From Lachnospiraceae bacterium (lineage in GTDB: Bacteria; Bacteroidota; Bacteroidia; Bacteroidales; UBA932): 64,000 bases of DNA. The DNA lies in the NCBI GenBank assembly GCA_963640185.1, contig CAVHXU010000010.1:14066-78065 (forward strand), written 5' to 3'. Under the pieces are notes generated by a model that did no database searches, was not told the DNA's origin, and saw nothing but the letters and a program-made list of their open reading frames with translations. The stretch's first letter is position 1, and each line of letters begins with the position of its first letter. The position numbers and the translations under genes were made by a program. Of the stretch, positions 44,368 through 54,438 are shown one piece after another.

Positions 44368-45561
44368 TTACAATTGGTTGACCCAAAGAATGAAGCGCTC
44401 CGCCCAGTCGTTATGCCCGCCGGCGGTGGTGACTCCGAAGCCGTGTCCGGACTTCTCGTATTCGAGGAAAAGATGCTTGACTCCGGCAGCCTCAAGGGAC
44501 TCGGAATAATGTTCGCTGTTGCGGCAATCTACGGTGGTGTCGTCCTTGCAGCAGACCAGGAACACCGGCGGCATATCGGGATGCACCTGCTTCTCAAGGG
44601 AAAGGCGGTGCTGAAGATCAGCATCCCCATATTTTTTGCCCAAAAAGTTCCGGCGGGACTTGTCGTGGGCCACAGGGTCTTCCATAGTCACCACGGGATA
44701 GATCATAGCGGCGAAATATGGCTTCAGGCCCATCCGCGAAGCGCGTCCGCTACGCACGGCGGCTCCGGCCTGCGCTGTGGACTCATCCGGCACGGCGGAC
44801 TCGTCCTGCACATAGACGGGACCGGCAGGGGAAAAGTCAGCGGCGGCCAAGGCTGAAGCTGAAACGGCAGGGGCTGACGCTAACGGTAAGGATGAAGCAG
44901 GTGCTGAAGTTGAGACTGAGGCGACAGAGGTGTCGCCGGACAAATCCCCGTTGCAGAAGATGCCGTCCGAAGAGAGGTCGCGCCCCACTTTCTCGGAAAT
45001 CAGATCCCAGTTCCACCAAGTGCCGAGAATGCCCGCCAGATGGCCTCCCGCAGAAAAGCCCATCACCCCCACTTTGTCCGGATCCGCGCCGCAAAGGGAA
45101 GCAAGGCTTCGGGAAGACGCTCCGGGCGAAGACGAAGATGAAGATGCAGCAGGACTCCCGCCGTCGCCATAGCGGACCAGCTGCATAGCGCGTTCGAGGT
45201 CCTGGGTCATACTCGGGAAATGATGCCCGTATTTGGCTCTGCGATAGTACAGCACATAGGCCGTAATACCGTTCTCGTTGAGCCATCCCGCGACATTCGT
45301 CCCCTCGTTGTACTTGTCGAGCCAGTAGTAGCTTCCTCCGGGGCAGACGATCACGCTGAGGCCCGTATTCTTGTCCGCAGGGGCGGGGAAAAGCAGAAGC
45401 TCGGCCCGGGAGTCCCCCGTTGACCGAGCACAGTTCCGCCATATTTTCACCTTTTCCAGACAGCTGCTCTTGAGCACGTTACGCGCCTCCGACACTGCGG
45501 TGGAGAGGACAGAAACGCCCAAAACGGCTGCGAGAAAAACTGCGCGGCGCGTCATCTGCAT
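44368..45561 (-). CDS. Alpha/beta hydrolase (esterase) with low-complexity insertions
   Basis: CPGGSY, GFSAGGH, DD.TV, GHGFG catalytic motifs. Confidence 0.88.
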   Translation of the reverse strand: MQMTRRAVFLAAVLGVSVLSTAVSEARNVLKSSCLEKVKIWRNCARSTGDSRAELLLFPAPADKNTGLSVIVCPGGSYYWLDKYNEGTNVAGWLNENGITAYVLYYRRAKYGHHFPSMTQDLERAMQLVRYGDGGSPAASSSSSSPGASSRSLASLCGADPDKVGVMGFSAGGHLAGILGTWWNWDLISEKVGRDLSSDGIFCNGDLSGDTSVASVSTSAPASSLPLASAPAVSASALAAADFSPAGPVYVQDESAVPDESTAQAGAAVRSGRASRMGLKPYFAAMIYPVVTMEDPVAHDKSRRNFLGKKYGDADLQHRLSLEKQVHPDMPPVFLVCCKDDTTVDCRNSEHYSESLEAAGVKHLFLEYEKSGHGFGVTTAGGHNDWAERFILWVNQL

Positions 45562-45565
45562 AAAG

Positions 45566-46162
45566 CTATACCAGGCCGGAGAATCCCATAAACGCCATCG
45601 CCATGATGCCGGCTGTGATGAGAGCTATGGGAATGCCTCTGAAGGGCTTGGGTATCCTGTTGAGGGAGAGATGCTCGCGGATGCCGGCGAAGAGGATCAT
45701 CGACAGTCCGTAGCCTATCGAGGTGGCAAGCGCATAGACCGTCGCCTCGGCGAGATTGAGCATATGCGGTTCGCCCCCGAAAGTGAATTCCTTGGTGACC
45801 ACCACGAGAGCCACACCGAGCACGGCGCAGTTGGTGGTGATCAGCGGGAGGAAAATGCCCAGAGCCGAATAGAGCGACGGGCTGACCTTCTTGAGCACGA
45901 TTTCCACCATCTGCACGAGAGCGGCAATGACCAGGATGAAGGCGATGGTCTGGAGAAACTCGATGTGCAGCCTGACCAGCAGCATATTGAGGAGATAGGT
46001 GACCACTGTCGCGAGCGTGATGACGAAGCAGACCGCACCGGACATTCCGACAGCCGTGGAAAGCTTGTTGGAAACGCCCAGGAACGGGCAGATGCCGAGG
46101 AACTGCGACATCAATATGTTATTGACGAATATCGCCGATATGATGATAATCAAATATTCCAT
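45566..46162 (-). CDS. rnfA: Rnf electron transport complex subunit A
   Basis: QFLGICPFLGVS, LPLITTNCAVLG. Confidence 0.96.
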   Translation of the reverse strand: MEYLIIIISAIFVNNILMSQFLGICPFLGVSNKLSTAVGMSGAVCFVITLATVVTYLLNMLLVRLHIEFLQTIAFILVIAALVQMVEIVLKKVSPSLYSALGIFLPLITTNCAVLGVALVVVTKEFTFGGEPHMLNLAEATVYALATSIGYGLSMILFAGIREHLSLNRIPKPFRGIPIALITAGIMAMAFMGFSGLV

Positions 46163-46173
46163 AATCTTGCCTC

Positions 46174-46758
46174 CTATTTTTTACCGGTGAGCTGCCTGAA
46201 AATCACAATCAGATAGCCGAGCACCATAAATGCGCCCGGAGCGAGCACGAAAACCAGAATGCCGTCGCCCGGCAGGAACTTCCAGCCGAATGCGGAGCCG
46301 TTGCCGAGAATCTCCCTGACGAGACCGAGGATGGTGAGCGCCAGAGTGAAGCCGATGCCGATGCCGATGCCGTCGCAGGCGGACTCAAGCACGCCGTGCT
46401 TGTTGGCGAACGCCTCGGCGCGGCCGAGGATGATGCAGTTCACCACGATCAGCGGAATGAAAAGTCCCAGAGTGGCGTAGATGTCAGGGACGAACGCCTG
46501 CATAATGAACTGAAGCAGAGTCACGAAAGTGGCGATGATGACGATGTATGAAGGGATGCGCACCTTGTCCGGGATGAACTTCGCGACCGCCGAGATGGCC
46601 ATATTGGACAGAATCAGGACGAACATTGTGGCAAGGCCCATACTCATACCGTTGATGGCGGAACTTGTGGTCGCCAGAGTCGGACACATTCCGAGGAGAA
46701 GCACGAATGTAGGGTTCTCCTTGATGATGCCGTTGGTAATAAGCTTCAATTTATTCAT
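46174..46758 (-). CDS. rnfE: Rnf subunit E
   Basis: LGMCPTLA, IPLIVVNC.ILGRAE. Confidence 0.96.
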   Translation of the reverse strand: MNKLKLITNGIIKENPTFVLLLGMCPTLATTSSAINGMSMGLATMFVLILSNMAISAVAKFIPDKVRIPSYIVIIATFVTLLQFIMQAFVPDIYATLGLFIPLIVVNCIILGRAEAFANKHGVLESACDGIGIGIGFTLALTILGLVREILGNGSAFGWKFLPGDGILVFVLAPGAFMVLGYLIVIFRQLTGKK

Positions 46759-47335
46759 TTTCAGTTCCTCCGTTAGCGTTAGAAAGGGATGCGAACACCT
46801 CGGCGGCGGTGTTTACGGCGTCGGTGTATGCGCGTGAAGTGATCGTGGAAGCCGTAATCGCGTCAATCGAGCCGCCGTCTTTAGTGACGGCAAGCCTGCC
46901 CTCGGGGCAGAGCCCCTTGAACTGCTTCACGAAATGGGATGTGGTGTCGGTGCATTTCGCGCCGAGGCCCGGAGTCTCCGAATGGGCGAGGACCGAAGTG
47001 TTGTAGATCGTGCCGTCCGGAGTGAAGCCGACCATAATGTCGAGAGCTCCGCCGAATCCCGATGCTGCGGAACTGACTGCACAGCCGACATATTCGCCGC
47101 CCCGGAACACTCTTGTGCAGGTGAACGCCTTTGTCCCGAGCAGGACGGTGTCATTGACCGCAGTGGAATCGAAAGCCGGAACAACCGCTTCGATGGCCGC
47201 AGTGACCTTGCGTCTGTCAGCTTCCGCGATGCCGTCCTTGGTGATGTGGTACACTCCTCCGAGCAGGATGGAGCAGACCAGGCAGATGACGGTGAGACAG
47301 ACTACCATATTTTTGAATGAAGATTCTACTGCCAT
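46751..47335 (-). CDS. rnfG: Rnf subunit G
   Basis: ETPGLG; IDAITASTITS FMN-binding motif. Confidence 0.95.
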   Translation of the reverse strand: MAVESSFKNMVVCLTVICLVCSILLGGVYHITKDGIAEADRRKVTAAIEAVVPAFDSTAVNDTVLLGTKAFTCTRVFRGGEYVGCAVSSAASGFGGALDIMVGFTPDGTIYNTSVLAHSETPGLGAKCTDTTSHFVKQFKGLCPEGRLAVTKDGGSIDAITASTITSRAYTDAVNTAAEVFASLSNANGGTENE

Positions 47336-47338
47336 AGC

Positions 47339-48310
47339 TTAAGCCCTCCCGTATTTTCTCTGATGGAACGCCCTGTCAATCAGAGGCACCACCATATTCA
47401 TAATCAAGATAGCGAACGAAACTCCCTCCGGATAGGAGCCGAAGTAACGGATGAGCATAGTCAGAAGACCGATGCCGATGCCATAGACCACGCCGCCCCA
47501 GTCGCTCATAGGGGAGGTCACATAGTCGGTCGCCATAAAGAATGCACCGAGCAGAAGACCGCCGCTGAGGAGGTTGAATGCGACGAAGTTGCCAAGGCCC
47601 ATGGCCGGAGTCTGCACGAGACCGTAGATGAGGGCGAAGATGGCCACCGTTCCGAGAATGGACAGCGAGATCCACGGTCTGATGACCTTGCGGCAGAGCA
47701 GATAGACGAATCCCGCTATGAGGGCTATGGCGGAAAGCTCTCCAGTAGAGCCGCCGCAGGTGTTGATGAGCAGGGTCTTCCAGTCGAGGGAAGAGAGTGC
47801 GCCGAGGCCGCCCTCATTGAGAGCGCCGAGAAGGGTCGGGCCGGTGACGGCGTCAGGAGCCGTGAATATGCCTGTCGGAGAAAAGCTCCAGTCGGTCATA
47901 TAGACCGGGAACGAAATCAGCAGGAACACGCGGGCCGCGATGGCCGGGTTGAACACATTCTGTCCGAGGCCGCCGAAAGTCATCTTCACTATGCCTATCG
48001 CCACGATCGCGCCGATCAGCAGCACCCACCAGGGACAGGATACGGGCACGTTGAGAGCGAGCAGGACACCGGTCACCACTGCCGAGAGGTCTCCGACGGA
48101 GCAGGGCCTCTTGAGCAGGAAACGGTTGACGAGATATTCCACGCCCACGCAGGAGACCACGCTGACCGCGAGCAGAAGCAGTTCTTTCCATCCGTACATC
48201 AGGCAGGAAAGTATCACTGCCGGCAGGAGCGCGATAATCACATCCAGCATAATGGTTCTCGTGGAGACACCACTGTGTATATGGGGAGATGGTGATACTA
48301 TTTTATTCAT
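47339..48310 (-). CDS. rnfD: Rnf subunit D
   Basis: SPHIH, FGGLGQNVFNPA, DAVTGPT, FMATDYVTSP; start taken at MNKIV. Confidence 0.95.
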   Translation of the reverse strand: MNKIVSPSPHIHSGVSTRTIMLDVIIALLPAVILSCLMYGWKELLLLAVSVVSCVGVEYLVNRFLLKRPCSVGDLSAVVTGVLLALNVPVSCPWWVLLIGAIVAIGIVKMTFGGLGQNVFNPAIAARVFLLISFPVYMTDWSFSPTGIFTAPDAVTGPTLLGALNEGGLGALSSLDWKTLLINTCGGSTGELSAIALIAGFVYLLCRKVIRPWISLSILGTVAIFALIYGLVQTPAMGLGNFVAFNLLSGGLLLGAFFMATDYVTSPMSDWGGVVYGIGIGLLTMLIRYFGSYPEGVSFAILIMNMVVPLIDRAFHQRKYGRA

Positions 48311-48335
48311 TTCGATAATCTTTCTAAACTTTTGA

Positions 48336-49706
48336 CTACTTCTTGGCTGCAGCCGCACGGGCACGCATAATCCTGATCACGTCGCCCTTGGCTATGCGGA
48401 TCTGATCCAGAAGCGGCAGGTGTGCGGGGCAGGAGTAGAGACAGCATCCGCACTCGATGCAGTCCTGTACGGCATTCGCTTCCAGCTCGTCCTTGAGGCC
48501 GTTCGCGGCGAGACGATAGAGCATAAACGGTTCGAGTCCCATCGGGCAGGCGTGCGCGCATTTGCCGCAACGGATGCACTGACCCTCAGCGGCACGGACA
48601 GTCTGTCCGGCGGTGAGGTAGAGAATCGAAGACGAGCCCTTGACGGTGGTGGCATCGAGATTGGCGATGGCCTTGCCCATCATAGGACCGCCGGAGACGA
48701 TCTTGGCCGCATTCTCCGGCACCCCGCCGGCCACCTCGGCTATATACGAAAGCGGTATGCCGATGCGGAACAGGTAGTTGTGCTGATGCTCCGGGGCGAG
48801 ACAGTCACCGGTGACGGTGAGAGTGTTGCTGATGAGAGGCATATTCTTCTGGACAGCCTCGTAGGCGGCAAGGGCTGTGGCCACATTCTGCACCACGGCA
48901 CCCACGTCTATAGGAAGCCCCATAGACTTGACCTCGCGGCGCATCACGGCCGCAATCAGTTGTTTTTCACCGCCCTGCGGATATTTCTTCTTGAGAGGCT
49001 GAACGCTGATGCCGTCATACGCCGAATCCTTGGCCGCCAGCTCAGCGATCGCGGCGGAGATGGTCTTGATGGCCTCAGGCTTGTTGTCCTCAATGCCGAA
49101 CACGACCGGACAGTTCCCGAGCGCCTTGCGCATAAGCGCCGCACCGATTACTATCTCACGGCTGCGCTCTATCATAATGCGGTAGTCCGACGTCAGATAC
49201 GGCTCGCACTCCGCTCCGTTGATGATCAGACAGTCCGCCTTCTTGCCCGGAGGAGGACAGAGCTTGACGTGGGTGGGGAAAGTGGCGCCGCCGAGACCGA
49301 CGATGCCGTTAGACTTGATGCGTTCAATGATGAACTGGGAGTCCGGAAGCTCCGTGACCAGAGTCTTGGAGGTGTCGATGCCCTCCGCCCAGACTTCCTC
49401 GTCAGCGACTGCGATCTCTATGTGGTTGACCGGATTGCCGGCGATGTCCGGTCTCGGTCCGATGGACTTCACCGTCCCGGTCACCGGAGAGTGGACGAAA
49501 GCGGAGATGAAGCCTGCCGGTTCGGCTATGACCTGCCCCGTGAGCACTGAGTCCCCGACTGCCACGACAGGTGTAGCGGGAGCGCCGAGATGCTGTGCCA
49601 TAGAGACATAGACCGTCTTGGGAAGAGGGAGCACCTCGATGGCGCAGTTTGAACTGATTTTGCTGTCATTCGGGTGGATACCACCTTTTCTGAATGTCTT
49701 TTTCAT
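48336..49706 (-). CDS. rnfC: Rnf subunit C
   Basis: GLGGATFPT, NGAECEPYLT, two 4Fe-4S motifs. Confidence 0.97.
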   Translation of the reverse strand: MKKTFRKGGIHPNDSKISSNCAIEVLPLPKTVYVSMAQHLGAPATPVVAVGDSVLTGQVIAEPAGFISAFVHSPVTGTVKSIGPRPDIAGNPVNHIEIAVADEEVWAEGIDTSKTLVTELPDSQFIIERIKSNGIVGLGGATFPTHVKLCPPPGKKADCLIINGAECEPYLTSDYRIMIERSREIVIGAALMRKALGNCPVVFGIEDNKPEAIKTISAAIAELAAKDSAYDGISVQPLKKKYPQGGEKQLIAAVMRREVKSMGLPIDVGAVVQNVATALAAYEAVQKNMPLISNTLTVTGDCLAPEHQHNYLFRIGIPLSYIAEVAGGVPENAAKIVSGGPMMGKAIANLDATTVKGSSSILYLTAGQTVRAAEGQCIRCGKCAHACPMGLEPFMLYRLAANGLKDELEANAVQDCIECGCCLYSCPAHLPLLDQIRIAKGDVIRIMRARAAAAKK

Positions 49707-49707
49707 C

Positions 49708-50652
49708 TTATTCCTCCTTCTTTTCAGCAGGTTTCACTTCTGCCGGAGCGGCTTTCGGGGCCTCTGCGGCAGCGGCGGCAGGCGCAGCCGGTTTCGCGGC
49801 CGGAGCGGCTTTCGGGGCTTCGGCCTTAGGCTTCAGAACCGGGAAATTCACCTCGTGGATAGCACCTGTAGGGCACTCTGCAACACATTTCCTGCAAAGA
49901 CGGCACTTGGTGAAATCTATATATGCCAGATTGTTCTCGACGGTGATCGCTCCGTGGGCGCAGACCTTGGCACATTTGCCGCAGCCTATGCAGGCAGCCT
50001 TGCAGGCCTTGCGCGCCACGGCTCCCTTGTCCTTGTTGATGCAGCTCACAAACACTCTCATTCCGCGCGGACCCTTGTTCCTGAGTTCGATGACATTCTT
50101 CGGACAAGCCTTTACGCAGGCGCCGCAGGCGGTGCATTTTTCCTCGTCCACCTCCGGAAGGCCCGTGGCGGGATTCATCCGGATGGCATCGAACTGACAC
50201 GCCTCAGTGCAGTCCCCGCAACCCAGACATCCGTAAGAGCAGCCGGTGTCGCCGGCATAGAGAGCCGCCTTGACACGGCAGGAGTTCGCTCCGTCATAGA
50301 TGTTGGTACGGGGGCGGTTCTCACAAGAGCCGTTGCAGCGCACTACAGCCACCATCGGAGCCTTTTCCCTGACTTCGATTCCAAGCACGGAAGCGACTTG
50401 CTTCATCACTTCGTTGCCGCCCACGGGGCAGTAGTTGGAATCCAGATTGCCGGCCTCGACACAGGATTTCGCGAAAGCGCGACATCCGGCAAAGCCGCAC
50501 CCGCCGCAGTTGGCGCCGGGCATCACAGCCTCGATCTCATCGATGCGGCCGTCCTCCTCCACCTTGAATTTCTTCGCGACGAAAAAGAGGACCACCGACA
50601 GCAGAAGACCGAGAACGGTGATGATGACAATAGTCCAGACAATGATGTTCAT
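49708..50652 (-). CDS. rnfB: Rnf subunit B
   Basis: PGANCGGCG...C, multiple ferredoxin motifs, Ala/Pro/Lys tail. Confidence 0.96.
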   Translation of the reverse strand: MNIIVWTIVIITVLGLLLSVVLFFVAKKFKVEEDGRIDEIEAVMPGANCGGCGFAGCRAFAKSCVEAGNLDSNYCPVGGNEVMKQVASVLGIEVREKAPMVAVVRCNGSCENRPRTNIYDGANSCRVKAALYAGDTGCSYGCLGCGDCTEACQFDAIRMNPATGLPEVDEEKCTACGACVKACPKNVIELRNKGPRGMRVFVSCINKDKGAVARKACKAACIGCGKCAKVCAHGAITVENNLAYIDFTKCRLCRKCVAECPTGAIHEVNFPVLKPKAEAPKAAPAAKPAAPAAAAAEAPKAAPAEVKPAEKKEE

Positions 50653-50672
50653 AAATCTATAATAGTTGTTAG

Positions 50673-51092
50673 TTACTTTCTGATGCGGAATACGACCTCA
50701 TTCTCCAGCTTTCCTCTCAGCAGCCAGATAATGAAGTAATACAGAGCGACTCCCCCTATCGCGATGAGCCCTCTGTACAGCTCGTCCGCGATAACAGGCG
50801 ACAAAGATAGTATTAAAATCAATAGAATGAGCAACGGAATCATATATGATATCCACACTGCTTTCATCCCCATCGAATATTTCATAACCAGCTCCACTTC
50901 ATCGCCGACCCTGTGCTCCGAATATGGGTCAGTCGGCAGCATAACGAGATTGGTCTCCGAAGCGGCCAGACCGCAGAGGGACTTGGCGTGACAGCCCGAG
51001 CAGGCCGACGGACGGATTATCTCCACCGAAGTGAAGTCGGGAGTTATCTCCACAATCCTGCCCTTGTGGATGATGTCGTCGTTCTTTTTCAT
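50673..51092 (-). CDS. rseC: RseC/MucC family protein
   Basis: SACSGCHAKSLC plus two TM segments; first gene of the rnf operon. Confidence 0.9.
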   Translation of the reverse strand: MKKNDDIIHKGRIVEITPDFTSVEIIRPSACSGCHAKSLCGLAASETNLVMLPTDPYSEHRVGDEVELVMKYSMGMKAVWISYMIPLLILLILILSLSPVIADELYRGLIAIGGVALYYFIIWLLRGKLENEVVFRIRK

Positions 51093-51168
51093 AGTACAGA
51101 TCCTTTTGTTCCATTACGCCCGCCGCGAAACCGCTCTGTAAGCTCCTCCGGTGAGCGTCAATTCTTTC

Positions 51169-52020
51169 TCAGTCATCCTGCTCCACCATCGAGGTGAACG
51201 GATGTTTCAGCCCCGAGAAGCCCGTCATCCTGCCGGAGGCCTTGCCGACGAGTATCGGAGCTTCGAAATATACCGGCAGACGATTGCCGTCGTCTGAAAT
51301 CCATATCGTCATATCGGTGTCCTTGCGGAAAACCTCCCCGGCAAGCAGCCGTGCCGAAAACCTGATGGTCCGCACCGTCCCCAGGCCCTTCACTTTGATG
51401 GTCTCGCGGCCGTGGAGGATGAAATGCACATTGTACACGTCGTCATCTATGGCGAATGTCATAGGATAGCGGACATCCGGAGTGACGGCGTTCATATCCA
51501 TGTTCCTCGCGAAGAAGAACAGCGCCGGCAGGTCGTAGGTGCATTTGTCCAGAGGCAGGCTTATGTTGCGCTGGCCCCGGGACGACGAATAGACGTCCGC
51601 GTGGATGAGAGTGTCGGCGGGAGAATAGATATAGGTGTTTCTGGCGACGTATCTGCCCTCTCTGGTGTCCCGGGTGAACTTCCTCGGATGCAGCCCGTCG
51701 GAGGTGAACCAGGACTGGAAATCCTCGCGCACCTTGAAGAACCAGTCATAGAACCCCGCAGTGCGGCCCGTGACGCGGCAGTGATAGACCTGCTCGCCGT
51801 TGAGCACCGTCTCTTTCAGCTCCACATCGGCCGTGCCCACGTCGGAATTTATCTTGCCCCATTCGTAATGCATTGAGAAGGACATCTTCTCTCCCGGCTG
51901 GAAAGCCAGGGAATCCCGCATAAGGGGATGGACAGGCACGCAACTGCTTTGCGCCGATGCCGTAGAGGGCGTCAGCAGCAGAAACGTGGAGACAAGAAGA
52001 AATGAGACTGGCCTATGCAT
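51169..52020 (-). CDS. DUF3108 domain exported protein
   Basis: AFQPGE, FFKVR.D, WISDDGNRLPV. Confidence 0.78.
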   Translation of the reverse strand: MHRPVSFLLVSTFLLLTPSTASAQSSCVPVHPLMRDSLAFQPGEKMSFSMHYEWGKINSDVGTADVELKETVLNGEQVYHCRVTGRTAGFYDWFFKVREDFQSWFTSDGLHPRKFTRDTREGRYVARNTYIYSPADTLIHADVYSSSRGQRNISLPLDKCTYDLPALFFFARNMDMNAVTPDVRYPMTFAIDDDVYNVHFILHGRETIKVKGLGTVRTIRFSARLLAGEVFRKDTDMTIWISDDGNRLPVYFEAPILVGKASGRMTGFSGLKHPFTSMVEQDD

Positions 52021-52046
52021 TCATCCGGAAGAGCGCGGCGGGGCGG

Positions 52047-53609
52047 CTACTCGAAACTGTTGGACAGATTGAAATCGTCTATCGGAGCACCTCCGCGCTG
52101 AAACGGATCGCTCCCGGGTCCGAAAGAAACGTCTCCCCGGTCGTAGGCTGGCGACGCTTTGGACACGGACGGCTGCACATCCATCGCTGAGGCTATGTTG
52201 AAACTGCTTTCCGCTTCATCGACGAAACGCACTTCCTCGTGACGGAAACGGAGAGCTATGTCCTTGATTTCACCGTTCCTGTGCTTGGCGATGATGAGGG
52301 TGGTCTGACCGACCTCTTCCGGAGACGCGGCCATTCCCTGATAGTCGGCACGGTGGATGAAAAGCACCATATCGGCATCCTGCTCGATGGAACCAGACTC
52401 GCGCAAGTCGCTGAGCTGAGGTCTCCTGCGGCTTCCGTCCCTCATTTCCGACTGACGGGACAGCTGCGACAGGGCGATGATGGGAATGTTCATCTCCTTG
52501 GCGGTAGCCTTGAGCGTGCGGGAAATGGCGGCCACTTCCTGCTCACGCATCCCACGGAGATCCGGAGGCCCCTGCATAAGCTGCAGGTAATCGACTATCA
52601 CCAGCTTGACTCCCTTCTGATTCACAAGCCGCTTCACCTTGGAACGGAACTCCATCACGGGAAGTCCAGGGGTGTCGTCGATGTAGAGGGGAGCCTTCGC
52701 CAAGTCTCTGACACGAAGCTCAAGCTGCTGCCACTCATAGTCTTCCATCTTCACGCCTCCCTTTATCTTGTCGGCGCTCAGGCGGGTCTCCGAAGTGATG
52801 AGACGGCGGCCGAGCTGAAGCGCAGGCATCTCAAGAGAGAAGACCGCTACCGGAACGTGGAAATCCACCGCCGCATTTCTGGCTATGTTCAGCACGAAGG
52901 CGGTCTTTCCCACAGAAGGACGGGCCGCGAGGATGATGAGATCCGAAGGCTGGAAACCGTTGGTGACTTTGTCCAGAGAGGAAAAACCGGAAGGCACTCC
53001 GTTGAGGCCGGCCGAATCCTGACGCTTCTCCAGATCGTCGAGGACATTGGTGATGACCGCGCCCACCTGTTCGACATCCTTTCTGACACTGCTCTGTATG
53101 GCGGAGTAAATCTTGGACTGGGCGTTGTCTATCAGGTCGTCCACATTGACGCTCTCATCGAAGGACTTTTTGATGATGTCGTAGGACGCGGTGATGAGGT
53201 CACGCTGTATGGCTTTCTGCTTCAACACCTTGACATAGAACTCCACGTGTGCCGCGGAGCCTATCTTCTGGGACAGCTGCACGAGGAAAACGGTCCCCCC
53301 GACGGCTTCCAGATTGCCGGCGCCCTTGAGCTGCTGGCTCACCGAGATGATGTCGATGGGGTTGTGGGAGTTGAAAAGCCCGGCCATAGCCTCGTAGATC
53401 ATACGATGCTTGTCAGAATAGAAACAGGATGAGGACAACTCTCCGATAGTGTCCTCCACACAGCTCGGTTCTACCAGCAACGCTCCCAGGACCGCCTCTT
53501 CGACATCAAGAGCTTGAGGCGGTTTGTTTCCCATCTCAAGCCCAAGTGTATTAAGATTCACGTCAGAAGCATTTTTTCGGTAAACCCTCTTTTTACCGTC
53601 TTCTGCCAT
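52047..53609 (-). CDS. dnaB: Replicative DNA helicase
   Basis: AARPSVGKT, VDYLQLM, LSQLSR, DLRESGSIEQDAD; no intein visible. Confidence 0.98.
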   Translation of the reverse strand: MAEDGKKRVYRKNASDVNLNTLGLEMGNKPPQALDVEEAVLGALLVEPSCVEDTIGELSSSCFYSDKHRMIYEAMAGLFNSHNPIDIISVSQQLKGAGNLEAVGGTVFLVQLSQKIGSAAHVEFYVKVLKQKAIQRDLITASYDIIKKSFDESVNVDDLIDNAQSKIYSAIQSSVRKDVEQVGAVITNVLDDLEKRQDSAGLNGVPSGFSSLDKVTNGFQPSDLIILAARPSVGKTAFVLNIARNAAVDFHVPVAVFSLEMPALQLGRRLITSETRLSADKIKGGVKMEDYEWQQLELRVRDLAKAPLYIDDTPGLPVMEFRSKVKRLVNQKGVKLVIVDYLQLMQGPPDLRGMREQEVAAISRTLKATAKEMNIPIIALSQLSRQSEMRDGSRRRPQLSDLRESGSIEQDADMVLFIHRADYQGMAASPEEVGQTTLIIAKHRNGEIKDIALRFRHEEVRFVDEAESSFNIASAMDVQPSVSKASPAYDRGDVSFGPGSDPFQRGGAPIDDFNLSNSFE

Positions 53610-53627
53610 ATATAATCAGGTGTAAGA

Positions 53628-54434
53628 TTATTCGAAATCGGGGTTCACGAGTATTCTTCCGCAGTATTCGCAAACTATGAGCTTCTTGTTGGAAGCGATG
53701 TCGATAAGCTTCTGAGGGGCGATGGAGTTGAAGCATCCGCCGCAGGCTCCGTTGAACACCGACACCACGGCGAGGTGGTTGGCGTTGCTCTTGCGGATAT
53801 GGTCGTACGCGCTCATCGTTCTGGCATCGATCTTCCCTGCGCAGGCCTCTCTCTTGGCACGGAGGACATTCTCCTCCTCCGAAGTGGACTCCACGATGGT
53901 GGCGAGCTCCTCCTTCTTGGCGGCAAGGTCAGCCTCGCGGACGGCGATCTTCTCCTTGAGCACCAGATTGGCCTCATTGCGGTCAGCAATCTTCAGCTTC
54001 GCCTCGCCGATGAACTTCTCCGCGATCTGCCTCTCAAGGTCGGCGTTCTCGATGTCCTTGCTGATGGAGTTGTACTGACGGCTGTTCTCGACATTCTCGC
54101 GCTCGGCCTGGTACTTTTCTATTTCTGCGTTATAGTCGGAAATCTTGTTCTTGTTTTCAGCGATCGAACGGGTGTACTCCTCGACAAGCTCCTGATTGCG
54201 GGCATATTTGCCCTTCAGCTCCGCGATCTCGTCCTCAAGACCTGACACCTCCACGGGAAGTTCGCCCCTCAGCTGCAGTATCTTGTCTATCTCAGAGTCG
54301 GCCTGCTGCAGTTCGTACAGTACTTTGAGCTTCTCCTCCACGGTGGAGCCTTCCGCAAAGTTCTTCTGAATGGATACGAACGTCTCCCTCTGGTCTATGG
54401 GGGTCTCGATTTTCTTAGTCTTTTTTGTAGCCAT
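53628..54434 (-). CDS. Coiled-coil protein with C4 zinc ribbon (DUF164-like)
   Basis: CGGC...CEYCGRIL; follows nif3. Confidence 0.9.
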   Translation of the reverse strand: MATKKTKKIETPIDQRETFVSIQKNFAEGSTVEEKLKVLYELQQADSEIDKILQLRGELPVEVSGLEDEIAELKGKYARNQELVEEYTRSIAENKNKISDYNAEIEKYQAERENVENSRQYNSISKDIENADLERQIAEKFIGEAKLKIADRNEANLVLKEKIAVREADLAAKKEELATIVESTSEEENVLRAKREACAGKIDARTMSAYDHIRKSNANHLAVVSVFNGACGGCFNSIAPQKLIDIASNKKLIVCEYCGRILVNPDFE

Positions 54435-54438
54435 ATCG

